NCBI RefSeq assembly: GCF_030144855.1 | Contig: NC_082709.1 | Location: forward strand, 28,644,001-28,708,000 | Length of the DNA stretch: 64,000 bases | Direction: 5' to 3' | Origin: Hypanus sabinus | Taxonomy: Eukaryota | Shown: in pieces, positions 23,476 through 37,359 of the stretch | Position numbering within the stretch: position 1 is the first letter of the stretch | Layout of the letters: the number at the start of each line of letters is the position of its first letter | Translations under genes and position numbers: made by a program | The notes under the pieces: model-generated | What the model was told of the DNA's origin: nothing | Databases searched by the model: none | What the model saw: only the letters and a program-made list of their open reading frames with translations

Positions 23476-25149
23476 TATCACACTTGAAAAGTGAACAGAT
23501 CCCAAGAATATTATATACAAATGGTCCGCTATCAGACTTTGCTGTTGTAGTTCGTTGCCAGAAACTGAAAAATGGAAGCTTGGTAGGTAAACAATTTTAG
23601 TTTTGTTTCTGGTAAGATAGCAAATGAATGTAACTGTCATATATATTTGATGAATAGCGCCCTTTGCTTCTTACTATGTGCTACCAAGCGACAGTCATAA
23701 GTTGCAGTAGGCTGATATACTGACCTTCTATTCGGATTAGCTTTAACATTTTGGAGCAACTATGATAAACTTCAGGTGCAAAAATTTGTATCTGCTATAT
23801 CTTGGAGGTGGGAGGTAAACATTAGTAAGACTGCGGTGGGATTATTATTAAGGCGTAGTTTTGTGTCCTGAAATGGCGTAGATTTTACGGTTTACTTGTG
23901 CTTTATTGCAAACAATGCCGGCTGTCATGGCATCTGCTGCCTATTTGTACACAACGAAGTAGAGGCCTGAGCTTATATTGAATACCACGAGTCATATATT
24001 TTGTGTTCTTTGAGACGTAATAGAAAGTCTGTAAATGAGATTCAGCGAGAACAATTGCAGGTACTTACGTCAACAGAAAATATATTCATGGGCATTTCGT
24101 GCCTTATATTTTAGTTGATGTGTTGTTATAAAAGATGAAACAAATGTTTCCTTTGAACCTACGAATTTGTTTTTACAGTTAATTGGCATTTATTTCTTAC
24201 AATGGAAGGCAAAACGAGTATTCACAAATTCTTAAGTGTGCGTTAGGCTCATTTTAAGAATAATTGGTAGTGATTGATTCTCTGAATAAGAACAATTATG
24301 AGCACATTTTATAAGGTAATAGATTAACAGAATTCTGATTTTCTGTACCTATATTAGTATGAGAAAGTGCATTAAAGTATGGCTAACGTATATTGTGGAT
24401 GATACAATGCTGTGAAGTACAAGCATGAACTGTTTTTTATTACTGTTTTTTACAGTAACATGCAAAAGTTTTATTACGAGGGTAAAGATTAAAAGTATAT
24501 TGTCAGTAAGCATTTTCAGTTATAATACTGAGCAGAAATGTAAAATCTTTTTGTGAAAAAGGAGAAAGGATTCTACAATCCAAATCATCATAATTGAAGC
24601 AGCAAAGAATGTAATCGTATATATACATCAATAAATATTCTTCAATAACAATAAATTACACTGCAGGCTTTAGTGGCATACCATGACAGCTCCGTTCCTT
24701 CCCCCATCTCTAAAGGTGTAATTAAACTATATAAATTACCGTGGCAAATACAGATGTCTTTGAGAAAGGATTTTATTAAATTGATTGGAGATATTTTACA
24801 ATATGAACCTTCGCATTTATTGCTTCCGTTGCTTTTGTCGTAGCGCTCTTCTGGAAATTGAATTTGCGCTGTCGTCACGTGTGTAAAGTCGACGTTCGTT
24901 TCCTTTTTAAATAAATTATGCATTAAAACAATAACCTATTAATTCAGTTATTCGCCGATGACAAATGCAACGCTGTTTTACTGATGACAAAGTTGCGGTT
25001 GTGAAGCCAAGTTGTTTTTTTTTAACTCTCTTCAACTCTGCATTCTCTACCCTTTAAATTCTGATCCAGCAAAGAATCGGGCAGACAAGAATCAATGAAA
25101 ACGGTTTAATTACAACTTTTTCATTAAATCGAAATAAAGTATTATGGTG

Positions 25150-25400
25150 TGGAGGGTCAACAATTTCCAACCCTGTTATAAATCACCAGCAGTAATTCCT
25201 GAAAGGGCGCGAGGCTGCCGAGGCCAGGCGAAGATTGTAAATCTCTTCGTTTTATTGCTCTACGAGCATATGCTGCGGTCGAAGTTGTCTTCGAATGCCC
25301 GTTTGATTATATTCCTCGTAGAGCCGAGTTCTCACAGTGGCAAGCGTTAGCACTGAGTTGGTTTTTTCTTCGGCTCCTCATAAAATTATCAGCGAAGGCA
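25150..25400 (+). promoter_or_regulatory. Hox4-Hox3 enhancer-like element
   Basis: TATAAATCA (Pbx/Hox-type on - strand), GTAATTCC..AAAGGGCGCGAGGCTG, TGTAAAT, TTTTATTG and CATAAAA; recalled as conserved between Hox4 and Hox3 genes. Confidence 0.5.
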
Positions 25401-28288
25401 TAACTTGCGGTAATAAATTGGTCTATTTATATTTGTGGGGTCGGACAATATTATAAAAGGGGCTGTTTCAAAGTCACAAATATATATCATTTAAAATATT
25501 TATTATATTTACAAATTCCCACAGCATGAACGATCATCAGAAAATAAAGATATGAAGTTGCTTGTATAGTTTTAGTGGAAAAGTAATTCTTTAGCTAAAC
25601 AGTGAGATGTAACTGTTTTATTTCCTTTTAAATAATTTATAATGCAGTAATTGCAAAGCAATATTTCTGTAACGACCATATAGAGCCACAGAGGGTAAAG
25701 TAATTTAGATAAATGTTGCGTTAAGCCTGTGCTAGGTGCAATAAGGTCATGCATTACTGTCAATAGAAATGTTTTTTATTGCTATTAAATTACAGACAAA
25801 TGTTTTAGAGGTTAAAATAGTTTCTAGTAGCATTTAACAGAAATATTAAGCAGTTCGATAAAATGCAACTGAGAATTAATTTTCCATAACTAAAAACATT
25901 ATAATTCAACAAAGCAATTTCAGGAGGGAGAAAACAAAATAAGACCAGAAGCAGAATGAAATATTTCCCAGCGCCCAGTTGCTACTGGCTCCTGTGATTT
26001 TAAATGCCTCGCCTGAAAGAGAAAGTGAAAAATCCCGCATTAGTTCCTGTTCTACCCTCATCAATTTCTCTATATAAATCTACAGTTAAGAACGATGATT
26101 AATTTGTCCTGCCAAAAATGAGAGTAGGTGAGATTGAGCTTCAAGGAAATCTTATCTATACAGAGTTTTGTATTTCAAAGTTTCCACTTAACTGGCTCAA
26201 ACACTAACCCGGGTAAATGGGAAATTCCCGTTCATTCGCAGGACCTAGGTGTAAACACTTCACAAAGCTTATCCAAACATAAGTTTATTGCTGAATTTGT
26301 CATTTTATGCACATGTTTTGAGACCAATTTATACATCATGCTTGGAAAACGCTAAAGGATTTTAAACTAGATTGAGTAATTTACGCCAATTCTTTACCCT
26401 CTTACATTAATTTACAAAATCTAATTCTACAATAAAGGGGTGCAATAATTAACTCAACACGCTCGGTCGAATAATGATATACAACATATTGACCCAGTGA
26501 CGCTGTAATAGCGATAATATACAAATCTATTGTTCGCTCTAGTAAACGTGGTTCCGCACGGAAAGACGATACAGTGAAGTCTAACTTTACCACCTTTTAC
26601 ACGTACAGCACAAAATATTAACTTTTTACTCAACTCCCCGTTAGAGTTCAGGTAAGAAGTGGTTCAAAGCTCCAAACTATCCATATTAAAGAGCTGTTAG
26701 TGAGGTAGCGCTGGCTCAACTTACTGGCTCAATCAGAACAATCTGGTAACACAGATCACGTGAACAAATATGCCTGTATTTTAAGGCAGCGCCTATATTT
26801 TCTGATTATAAAAGGTATCCGTTGCACTATAAAATTCATAAATGGCAACATTTTAAAGGAATACATACCGGTTTATAAATATCACTTTCTTGTTAGTTGC
26901 TCGATTACAAAATATCGATTTAGATTTAAAGCAAAAACACCTCTGTACGCCGTTTTTATTGGTAGTTGTTCCTGAGACTGAAGCCATTTCTATCGGGAAT
27001 ACCGTCTGCTTTTCGTATCGAAATGTCTGTAAAGCCGCAAGATCTGGTTTAAGACAGCATTGTCTGCAGACAAACGACAGAGGATATTATTCGCAGCTGC
27101 AAGCTAAGAGGTTGTGTTTGGAAAGCACAGATTTATGATAAATTGACACACAGGTAAGCAATCGTTTGATAAAATGCAACCTTTAGCAGTAAGTTTGCAT
27201 AATCCCTGCAGCGAAAGGGCATATTGTTCCCACCAAATTGTATGAAATTCTGATTCAAACGTGCATTTCTGTGGGAGATAAGAAAAATGATTTTGTAGCA
27301 AAAGAAAAGTCGATTTTCAAGAACATTTTGCTGTTTCACGAAAGTGCGCCATTTGAGAAAGGTTAGATCGGGCAAACCAGAGTAGTCCCAAATTTGTCTT
27401 GTGGCTATATTTCAGCTGATTCTGCAGTTTTATGTAAAATGAAAACGAAATAAAAAGGCACAGAAACCCAGGGAACTTTTCAAACTGTCACAAGCAAACT
27501 TAGATCGTAAATCACATTAATTTGTTGTCTCTAGCTTATCGTCAGGCTGCAGTCTTCTGTGATTTATGCGTTACAGAAATATATTGCGGGCTGAAGTTAT
27601 TGCAGCAGCCTGTATAAATTATTTCTCAATTAAGGTTATTGTCGTTCAAGGAAAACAATTTATGAATTTCGAGGAACTCAGTATAAAGGTAGTTCAAAAA
27701 TTATTCAGTATAAAAGATCGAGTATAATTTTATTTTACTGCGGTCACGTCAGAGGGTAATCTCTGCAATTGCTTAAATGCAACATTTCTGTAATTATACA
27801 CTTCAAGTTTGACTAGGTTTTATAAGAAATTAAATAATCCCCTTTTGATTCCGTTCGCTAAAGATTTGGCTACAGTTTCAGTAGAACTTAAATGCTAAAT
27901 GTTAAGATAATTATTTTTCCCTTCCAGTTCCAGAAACGCATTTACTTACTTTTATTAAATACTGTCTAGAATGCAGCTCTATTACTTTCCATCTTAAAAT
28001 ACAAAGTACCGTGTCATTTCCAGGCCTGAATATGGTATCTTAATATTATTACGTACTCCTAGATGCTTTTCAGAAATGGGCATAACCTGGGATCTAAACT
28101 GTGATTGAAATTGCTGCTTCTAAATTAAACTGCACTAAAACAGTGCACCTAATTAAGTGTCGTAATCGTTGTAATTACGAAGGGACATCCACTGCTTTCT
28201 TAATGTAAATGTGCACATATAAGTTACCCAAATCATTGTGTGTGTAAGGGGCACTTTCTCGGATTGTCCACAGGTATTTAACTTCTAA

Positions 28289-28290
28289 GT

Positions 28291-28330
<40 letters not shown>

Positions 28331-28392
28331 TGTGCGTGTCTGTGTGTGGATGTGTATGTGGGTGTATAGTGTGTGTGAGTGTGTGTGTGTGT

Positions 28393-28453
<61 letters not shown>

Positions 28454-28480
28454 TGTGTGCGCGTGTGTCTGTGCGCGCGC
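28289..28480. repeat. Imperfect (GT)n microsatellite
   Basis: ~190 bp of GT repeats ending in GCGCGCGC. Confidence 0.97.
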
Positions 28481-29149
28481 TCTTCCGTCGGTTAAAAAAA
28501 ACTTTTTGAGTCGAACATTTTTCATTGCTGCATGCCTCGAAGCTGCTGGTCTGCCATGTTAGCCAGCTAAATCCAATTACTGTGAGTAGCATTTCATTTT
28601 GCTCGATGGGGCCACTCACTTATAACTTCACCTAAAATTTCAATAAATATCTGTATAGCTCTCGCCATGATAACTATCAACATTTGCCTGATAGTCTGTC
28701 TTTAAACTTACAATCTCCGAATAAAGTCAGGTCCCAGTACAGAAACTGCCTTGGACTTAGAGGTACACTCGGTTGCCCTATGTTCTGGTGAGCAGTAAAC
28801 GTAATAAATACATAACTATCTCGACTTTCTCCTGCCAACCTAGTTTAGCAATTTAGTAAAGTGACAAAAAGTTTCCAAAACTTTTTCACATATTTATTTT
28901 ACTAACTCTATTTACTTGACTATACTGCTTTTTAAGGGTTTAGGGCCGCAGTGTTAGAGCTCGCTCGCACTTCTGCGAAATTAATAAGCAAGATGATTAA
29001 AAACTTACCGTTCAGACCATGGCTGAGCACATTTATCAAAACCACCTGAAAGTAACCAACTGTTTAAAGTTTGTCCATCTTAGTGGATTCCTTGGAAAGT
29101 AGCGAGTTTTCTCTGCAAATACTTACTTCCAGTGATTACAGAGAAATAA

Positions 29150-29480
29150 AAGCTTATAAATTGACGTATGGCCACGTGAATACATTACACACATTATGGT
29201 GGGAGGCATTGGATCCAGGACCTAATGCCTTGGCGACTGTGATTTGGATCCTCTTCTAACTTCACATTATATCGACACAAGTTGGTGAGGCTAGTTTATA
29301 AGGTGCTGCGTCTTAGTGGGATTAAAGAGGGATAGAAAAACCATGGTGAAGTTGTGTGATGGGCTGTATTGTGAGGTAGTGAAGGCGCTTCCGTTGGTTG
29401 TTCATTAAGTGGTGAGTTATTGCTGTACAAGCCAAAGGTCATTTCAAAGGCTTATGACTTACATTTTGTCAGCTAATGAC
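29150..29480 (+). promoter_or_regulatory. Probable HoxD3 promoter, non-coding first exon and adjacent conserved block
   Basis: TATAAATTG...GGCCACGTGAA (E-box 29173-29178), donor TTG|GTGAGG at 29284/29285, then GTTCATTAAGTGGTGAGTTATTG...CAAAGGTCA; the HoxD3 coding exon has an acceptor, so an upstream exon is required. Confidence 0.55.
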
Positions 29481-32332
29481 TGGAATTTCTTTGTGCATTT
29501 GATCTGCCACAATTGCTGATTTTTCTTAAATGTATTTCTAAATTAAAGCATGCATTTTAACTCAGTATAATATTCAGTGGTACAATTTCTGCACGACTTC
29601 AGGTCCGGTGCGTGTTCTATCTCCCTCTTTCACGGAAATTTGAAATTTGGAGGCTCCAGGAGAGCTGTGTTATTGCATTTATATGATCTTTTGTATAACC
29701 GAAGTGTTTTTGTTGTTATGAATATGCCCAATCGATATAAAATAATACGTACGTGATGTTTGGTATCCCAATGACAAAGCATAACCGCCTGTCAATATAA
29801 TACATTATACATGAGTTTTATATATGGCGCCAGGCTCTTTCTTGCAATCCTCCATATTTGTATTGTTTTGTGCTTTTATGTAAAAAATGTTCGACAACGG
29901 CGTCAATTTTTCACTAAATACACATATCTAAACATCAACAGGAAAAGAAATATATCTAGGAGGTATATTGATATGGTCAGATTGGGGCTTGGAGATACTA
30001 AATGCAACCCGGTACAAATTCCAGATTTTTATTCAATGCCTTGTTTAGGCCCGGCTTCTATTAAACGACCATTTCAGATGTACCTTTCTGGGAAAGTGCA
30101 GAAATCCACCTTCAGAGCAAACTGCTGATTCGCTAATTGCGAATTTAGATATAAAATCCTTGATGCTATTGATAGATTTTCACGGCAATAACAACTTAAA
30201 TTTCGAAAACCGCTTGACATAAATGATTGGTTATTGCATTAAAATTTTTGTGAAGCTTTATTTGTCAAACAATTCCCCAAAAATTCAAATTCTAATCTTT
30301 ATCATTACTATATCTATTTAACCCGTTCTTTCACTTTAAAAAAGTCACTGACAATGTGACTCCCAGTCATTAATCACACAGCATTGCAATCAGTAACACT
30401 TTGTTTCTAATTTCTGAAGGGAAGGAGATAATACTTAATTTATTTCTGCTTTCATTTAAAGAATAACCAAATGCAATAGGAATTGTATAAAAGGTCACCA
30501 CGAAGCATTGTTTTAAATACTTCTTAATATAAACAATAAAAATATTCTTATTAAAAATGAATCTTCGCCGCCTGATGCTGGTTGTTTTCTTTGATAGGAT
30601 CCGGGAAGGCAGCCTGAAATATATGTGATATACAAAAATATTATTAATGTGTTTGAAACAGAAAATGACATTTTCTTTCAGAACAAAGCCAGCGGCCCCT
30701 GGTCAATACGGACAAATTACACATTCAATCCACAGAAAATCAGATAAAAACAGTGCGTCTGGTGAGTTGTTTGATTTTTCTTTGCTCCCTTTTGCTTAAC
30801 AGCTCTGAATTTCATGCGCCTTGGATTCTGTGTGCAACTGAGATTTGTCAGTGGAGAACTAGTTCGTACTTTTATGTTATGGCCATGAGAAAACAAAGAA
30901 GAAATGAAACATGTTTGAACAGACAGGGACGAGATACTTGGATTCTTTATGTATGGCTCTTCTCGAGATGTCGTCATGTTCTACTTTGAGCTGCAAGCAA
31001 ACTTTTGAAAACTTATCGGTAATTCTAAAGGCTTGGGTTGCATCTGTTAGTACTTCAAAAATATAGATCATATAGACCCACTCTGGAGCATACAGAGTTG
31101 AAAATAAGACAAAGTGAACATTTGTTTAAGCTCACCACTTCACTGTCATTCTTAGTGCACAGAATGAGAATTGTTTATAGTTGTTCTTTAAATCTGCAGT
31201 ATTTATCCAAAATAAAGATTTATGAAGTCTTGGGAAAGTGGTTCGTTCAAACAGTAACGTTATCTCCCTCACGTTACTTTTGTTACATTGTTGCTTAATC
31301 TCTCTCGTTAAATTCAAAATTAAATACGTTTCCATCTACTCTGCTTCTTTTAAATCTTACATCGCTCTTAGTTAAAGGGATCAACACAATTGCTTTGTAC
31401 TAAAGTATATAGTTTATAATTTAATTAAAATACATGGCAGACTCATAAAATCAGCACTTTTTGTAATTTGTATATAAGGGCCGTAAATCTCATGTAATCT
31501 TGGCAGTCTACGTTAAATGTGTTTGCCTACATACTCAAAGTCGTATAAAATAAACTTCCCAAAAATAAGTTGAAAGATGAATCGGGATGCATGTTTCTTT
31601 TGTACAATCTCTCTGGCAGCCTGGGTTGCTGTACCACAGTCGTGGAAAGAGTGCCAAATCATTCCATTTGAAATCCAAGTTTTAAACGTCTCCCGTCCAG
31701 GAACCAGCCGCAGATTTGGAGGGGATTGCGTGATGCTAGCTGAAATATGGGCAGATGTGTCTAGGCAGCCGAATTCCTTGTCAGAAATGATCCGCAAAGT
31801 ATAAACAAGATCAATATCGTTAGATTCCAAAAATAATCCTCAGCAATAGCTGAGGGCAATAAATATTTTCGTAACAAAACATATCACATGATTAAATAAT
31901 TTGTAGTATACGTTACGTTTAAGATTACTGAGCAGATTACATTACACTGAATACACTCGCTAGTTAGTGACTTTAACAAAATAAAAACATAAGCTTTCAA
32001 GTCCCCCTTTTTTGACTCCATACCTGAAATCAAATACTTGATTTCAAATTTGGCTCCCAACTTGCATTTATCAAAAATAATTTTCAGATCCTCCAGCTCG
32101 AGCCATACGATTCTGCTACATGTGAAAAGTTCGCCAGCTAAAACACACTTAAGATTCCTGGACTACTTTCAAAGCCTTATATAAAATCCTACAAGAGCTG
32201 GCGAAACGTAGGTAAAAAAAAACTTGCGGAGTGTGGACATTCTTTTTCGGCTTTCCTCCTCCGCTCTAGCTATTTTACACTTCTGAAGATAGCAGTTCTT
32301 TGGAAAGTGTTTCTTTCCCATTCTGAAGTGAA

Positions 32333-32400
32333 GCGTTTACGACTGAGCAGCCATAAATTTTGCGCAGCACATAATGACAGGTGCATTGATATGCACTGCT
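32333..32400 (+). promoter_or_regulatory. Hox/TALE site cluster upstream of the HoxD3 coding exon
   Basis: TTTACGA, CCATAAA, TAAT, TGACAG (Meis/Prep) and TTGAT within 65 bp. Confidence 0.5.
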
Positions 32401-33069
32401 AGGACTTTGGCTTCTTAATAGCATTAACTAGGAGGTAAATTCTAAATTCTTAGGCTACCCGGCTGCTCTATTAATACATGAGTGAAAGTTAAAATAAATC
32501 GGAAGTAATTATTGGCCTAGGGTTTGGCTGGAAAAACTGCCGTTCAGACGCCCAGCCTTAGACAAATAAAACGGTACAAGAACATTAAATGGTTGGTCAC
32601 AACACGCGGAATATAGATAGGGTAAATATAGCAAATGGTGGACTTTTGATGTTCCCTTGCGCTATCACAGAAGTTTAATTTGTGCCAGACCTTCTCCACG
32701 TGAGAGTTGAAATTTTCGACACTGGGAAATGGAGAGTTAGCTCATTGCTCTCCATCCTTTCATGAAACAGCACAGTTACCCCCACCCCACCCCACCAATT
32801 CGGTCTTCTAGCTTTCGTCATTTCTGAACTAACATTTCGCACTTTATGTTAACAAAGATAATCGAATAATATATTTCTTTGTTTTTCGGCCACGCGTTCC
32901 ACGATTGTAGATCATGTATCCGGAAACACACCGAAAAAAAAGTGATGGTCCATATCAAGGTGTTACTTATCAAACCCCTGTATTAGGTGATGCACCCTTG
33001 CATTTAGAAAACATGTAAGGTAAGAAAGATCTGAAAGATGAACGCAGAAACAGTTGACCATTGTCCAAG

Positions 33070-33113
33070 TGATTTATGGCCCATGGCTGCGATTTAGGTT
33101 CAAGCAGAGTTCA
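33070..33113 (+). promoter_or_regulatory. Pbx/Hox site plus DR5 RARE of HoxD3
   Basis: TGATTTATGG (33070-33079) and GGTTCA-agcag-AGTTCA (33097-33113), the DR5 form known near Hox3 paralogues. Confidence 0.85.
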
Positions 33114-35543
33114 CGAGCAGTTGGAGTTTCTGGGCCAGATTTTCAGCTACACTACAGTCTTTTCACATTACCTTAATATTAATGTTAGATTTGATTCTCC
33201 GAAGATAACATTTCCAAATGCACTGCAAACGAGAAAGCTGGTTGTGATGATCAAGTTTCAGAGCCCGCAGCAGTAGATAATTCTGGGTTACTTTCTTATC
33301 TCTCACATAAAATACTGATTAGATGGGGAGACGGGGTGGGGCAAATAGAAATGTAATTAGATTTCAGATAAAAAAAAGTCAAGCAAAGAACAGAAATCTA
33401 ATGCCAATTTTATTAAGCTAAAATGGCGAACATGGTCATGACGGGAAAACTGGGTATAACAAAACACATTAAAATTTAACGAAAATGCCTAGAAACAAGT
33501 AACGGAAGGCTAAAACAACATTGAATTACTTCTTTGAAGGGAACAGCAAAGATGTGCACGTGTGCCGAGCTGCAACTTTGGAGGCCACAGATCATAAACC
33601 TCATATTTCATTTTAATGTCAGGTCTTGTATGGCTGAAGGCTTTTTTTCCAAATGAATAGAAAATCTATTTGTGACGTGATATAGTAGCCAGATAAGCCA
33701 CACGTCCAGTACTTGGGCCAGTTTATTCAAGGATGTTTTATTTAAATGGCTTTGTAGACTAAGTATTATATTTGAAGCTTAAATCCAGGTCAATCATCTT
33801 CGTGTTATGTTTCAAGTTTATGTGTTTTATAACGATTTGTTTCAATGTAACTATTTAATTCTAATCACAACAGTAACCTACTAGTTTAATACATAACTTA
33901 GGGCGATCTAAACGAGAACAAGGCACTTGATTCAATCAAAAAGGTCTGATTTTATTGCTGACCACAACAACCAACCCCCAATCCTCTACCACCACCTCCC
34001 CCCACGCCCCCCACGCCCCCCACCGCCCAGTTCACGCAGACATCGGCCATTTGGGAGGTTTCCTGACTACGTCAGGTTAATTCTGTTTAAAAAAAAGGCT
34101 ATTGCCAAGAGTTTGTGAGAAATTAAATGTAATTATCTTACTAATGCCACTGTAAGTAACTAAAGGACGTTTGTTTGATTGGAACTAGGGTAAATAAAGT
34201 GCATATATATAATTTTTCGTCTGAATTCAGTTGCAATAAAAAAGTCTGTTGATTGAAAAGTTGATGATTAGTTAACGCTAAAAAGTACATCTATTCGCTA
34301 CTTTATGTGTTAGTTTAGCTGGGCTTTGTGTATGTTGAAATAGATTTATTCAGTAATATGTTATTTTGTGGACAATGCCATGATCTAAAGATGCAGTTAA
34401 GTAGCACAAAGCAAATGTGAAATGCTGACTTCGTCATTTCTCTGTTTTTGTTTAGAATAAAGAGTTTGAATAGGTGCTAGTTATACTTTAACTACAATGT
34501 CTATCCCCTGTCATAAAGCAAAACGAGCAACAGAAAGAAACATTCGCTTAAAACAAACCATTCTTACGTTGAAGGAAAAGAAGCCAACAATGGTGAGGGT
34601 ACACTTCGCTGGTTTTTCAGGTTTTGGAACTGGTCCGATCCATCATGTCGAATGTAATAGCGTCCAGATCTCAGAATAAAACAGTCTGTACCCACAGCAA
34701 ATGCTGCAGGCAAATAAGTCGCCTGTGACTGTGGGGATTTTTTTCACTCTTTTTAAGAGGGGTCTTTTTGTTTCTCACCATTACAAAAATGGCCTCAATC
34801 AGTGAAGTCAACTGGAATAGCACTGTGTGTCCCACCGAAATCCACTTAGATCAAGCATGACAGGGACATATCTAGCGTTCTGTAATATCCATTAACTTTG
34901 AGATTATGGTATAGGAAAAAGGCACATTTGGGCTTTTTTTGGTTCTAAATTTTGAGATATATTTCAAATGGTACAACTCATCATTTTTCTTAACATTCCT
35001 TTATATAATGATTTGGTAAATGAATTAAAAGGACAGTTTGTCTGTAGTGAATCTCAGTAAGTGGATAATGCAGTGTAGATTCAAATAATAATAATAAATT
35101 GCCAAAGAAGTGCAATGTAATTGTAATCGTTCATACATCACTTGAACTATGAGCATTTTATACAGCTTGTTCAAATTATCATAGAGAACTGAGTATACAA
35201 ACTGAAGCTAATTGCTTCCAACTGAAGAAGGAGCCAACTCTTAAACTTATTAGAAAATTATAATAGTCTCTCTGAGTTTGTCAACTATTATATTTTATAT
35301 TTCACTTACTTATTTATTGTCTCATAAAAGAATATTTCTCAAACTTGTAAAGGGAAAAAAAAGATCAAGTCTACTAATGACAAGATTGTGAAATATCATT
35401 CATGGGATGAATGTTTTATTTTAGTTTGTAAGCTAAAGCAATTATGGTCCAAACATTTCACTCTATTATGTTTTGTTTTATAACATCTAGGAGCTCTGCA
35501 TTCTGACGATTGTTGTAAACGTGCTGTGTGATCAAAGGTGTCA

Positions 35544-36027
35544 ATGCTATTCGATAAGGGTGTCAAGACCCTGTCATTTCGAAATAGCGAGATGCAAAAA
35601 GCAACTTACTATGACAACTCTGGAATATTTAGTGGTTATTCCTACCAAAAATCCAATACATACAACTACAGCTCAAGTCATCAAGCTTACCCACCATCAT
35701 CGGTTGACAATGATTATCAGAACTCAACGTGCCCAATTCAAACATCTAATGCCAGAGCCCAATCCCATAAGCCCACTGATATAAATGGCAGCTGTATGAG
35801 AACAGGTGGCAGTCAAGGCACTGCCCAACATCCAAGCATCAGTGAGCCACAGCAACCACCTCCTTTGCCACCTTCACCCAATGGAAACAACGCTGCAACT
35901 CAGAAACGAACCAAGTCCATTCCAAATTCTTCCAGCAGCCCGGCTGCCACACTTACCAAGCAAATCTTCCCATGGATGAAAGAATCTCGACAAAATGCTA
36001 AGCAGAAAAACAGCTGCACAGTTGCAG
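35544..36027 (+). CDS. HOXD3: HoxD3 first coding exon (spliced protein 410 aa from ATG 35544; second ATG at 35592)
   Basis: MQKATYYD motif preceded by a 16-aa MLF... extension typical of HoxD3; KQIFPWMKESRQN hexapeptide; exon acceptor TAG|G at 35490/35491; phase-1 donor GCAG|GTATCT. Confidence 0.95.
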
Positions 36028-37359
36028 GTATCTTTCAGTAAATTGATTTTTAACTTTAAATTCTAGCAAGCTTCTTAAAAATTGACAAGTTTATCAAAGA
36101 ATGTCACATGGGGGAGTAGATTGTCAAAGAATATCACACATTGGTGAGAGTATTTCCCTTCCCCTTGTAGCTAATGGCTGAAAAGTGTGAAGGAATTATC
36201 CAGAGATTTTTGGCAACATTCTGTGAATGGTCTTACATTTAGTGATCTTGGTAAAGATATGGACAAACTAAAATAGATCTAGTTTAAAAAATAACATTTT
36301 CTGAAATATTTAATCAAGAGAATGACTTTTGGCAGGAACTCTTAGAAATGTGATATTCTGTTTGACTGCTGGGCATTGCACAGTGTATTCCCAAATTAAG
36401 CAATTCTTGGAAAAGGCTCAGATTATTCCACTTGATATCAGTGGACATAGCCATAGGTGGGTAAAACCTAACAAGTACACTACTCCAAAGATTTTGTCTG
36501 TATCTCTTTTACACTTCCATTAACCTGAACTAATTTAAACTTATTATTGTAAGCTTTCACTTATTTACAATGCCTGAAAATTCAGAAGGTTGACAGGACT
36601 TGACCTAAGTATACTTTAAATGTATGAGTGGACTAGAAAACATACTTCATATCCAAATATATATTCTCATGGGAACTCTCATTTAGAATCACTGTGATTT
36701 AAATAACAATAGCTATAAATTATTCAATAGTTATAACAAAATAATATGCCCATCTAGACTTCTAGTCACAGTGTCATATTTTCCATGGAAGCTTATTTTT
36801 ACTTTATGAACTATCTTTTAAAAAGGGACCTTTTCTTCTCCTATGCAATATTTAGTTTGGATTGGATTCATGATTAACCCCAACTTTCAGAGAGCTAGCT
36901 TCATCAAACAGATTAAGTTAAGCAGGGGAGAACAAAAAGTAACTCTTATATTGCAATAGTTATATTAATTACTTAAGTAAATATTCTTATTTAAATTAAT
37001 TTGAAATCAAGTCGTATTTTGCCATATTAATGGCATTTCAGTGGAAACTCCCTAAACTGCCTTGGCATTTCACATTTACAGCATACAATATCCGTTATGG
37101 GCCCCAGATATCCCAAAGTCGTTAACACTAGTAGAGTACTATATCAGCATGGTAATTTTTTTGTTGCAATGTTACTGTATTTATTGCTTAAGAGTTATAA
37201 TTATAGCTTTTACATAGACAGCTCTGGGAATATGTGGTAGTATGGAGGAAAAAATGTTAAAGAATTGTTTATTTTGTAAAAGTATTAGTATCAGAATAAT
37301 TATACTGCATGTGTGTTTGTGTATATATGTATGAATATTAATATATTTTCGTTCTGCAG

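Noticed and set aside
28175-28619. HT- and CV-repeat ORFs on both strands
   Set aside because: Artefacts of the (GT)n microsatellite.
31838-31855. Perfect hairpin CCTCAGC-aata-GCTGAGG
   Set aside because: A 7-bp inverted repeat is expected by chance in 64 kb and has no supporting context.
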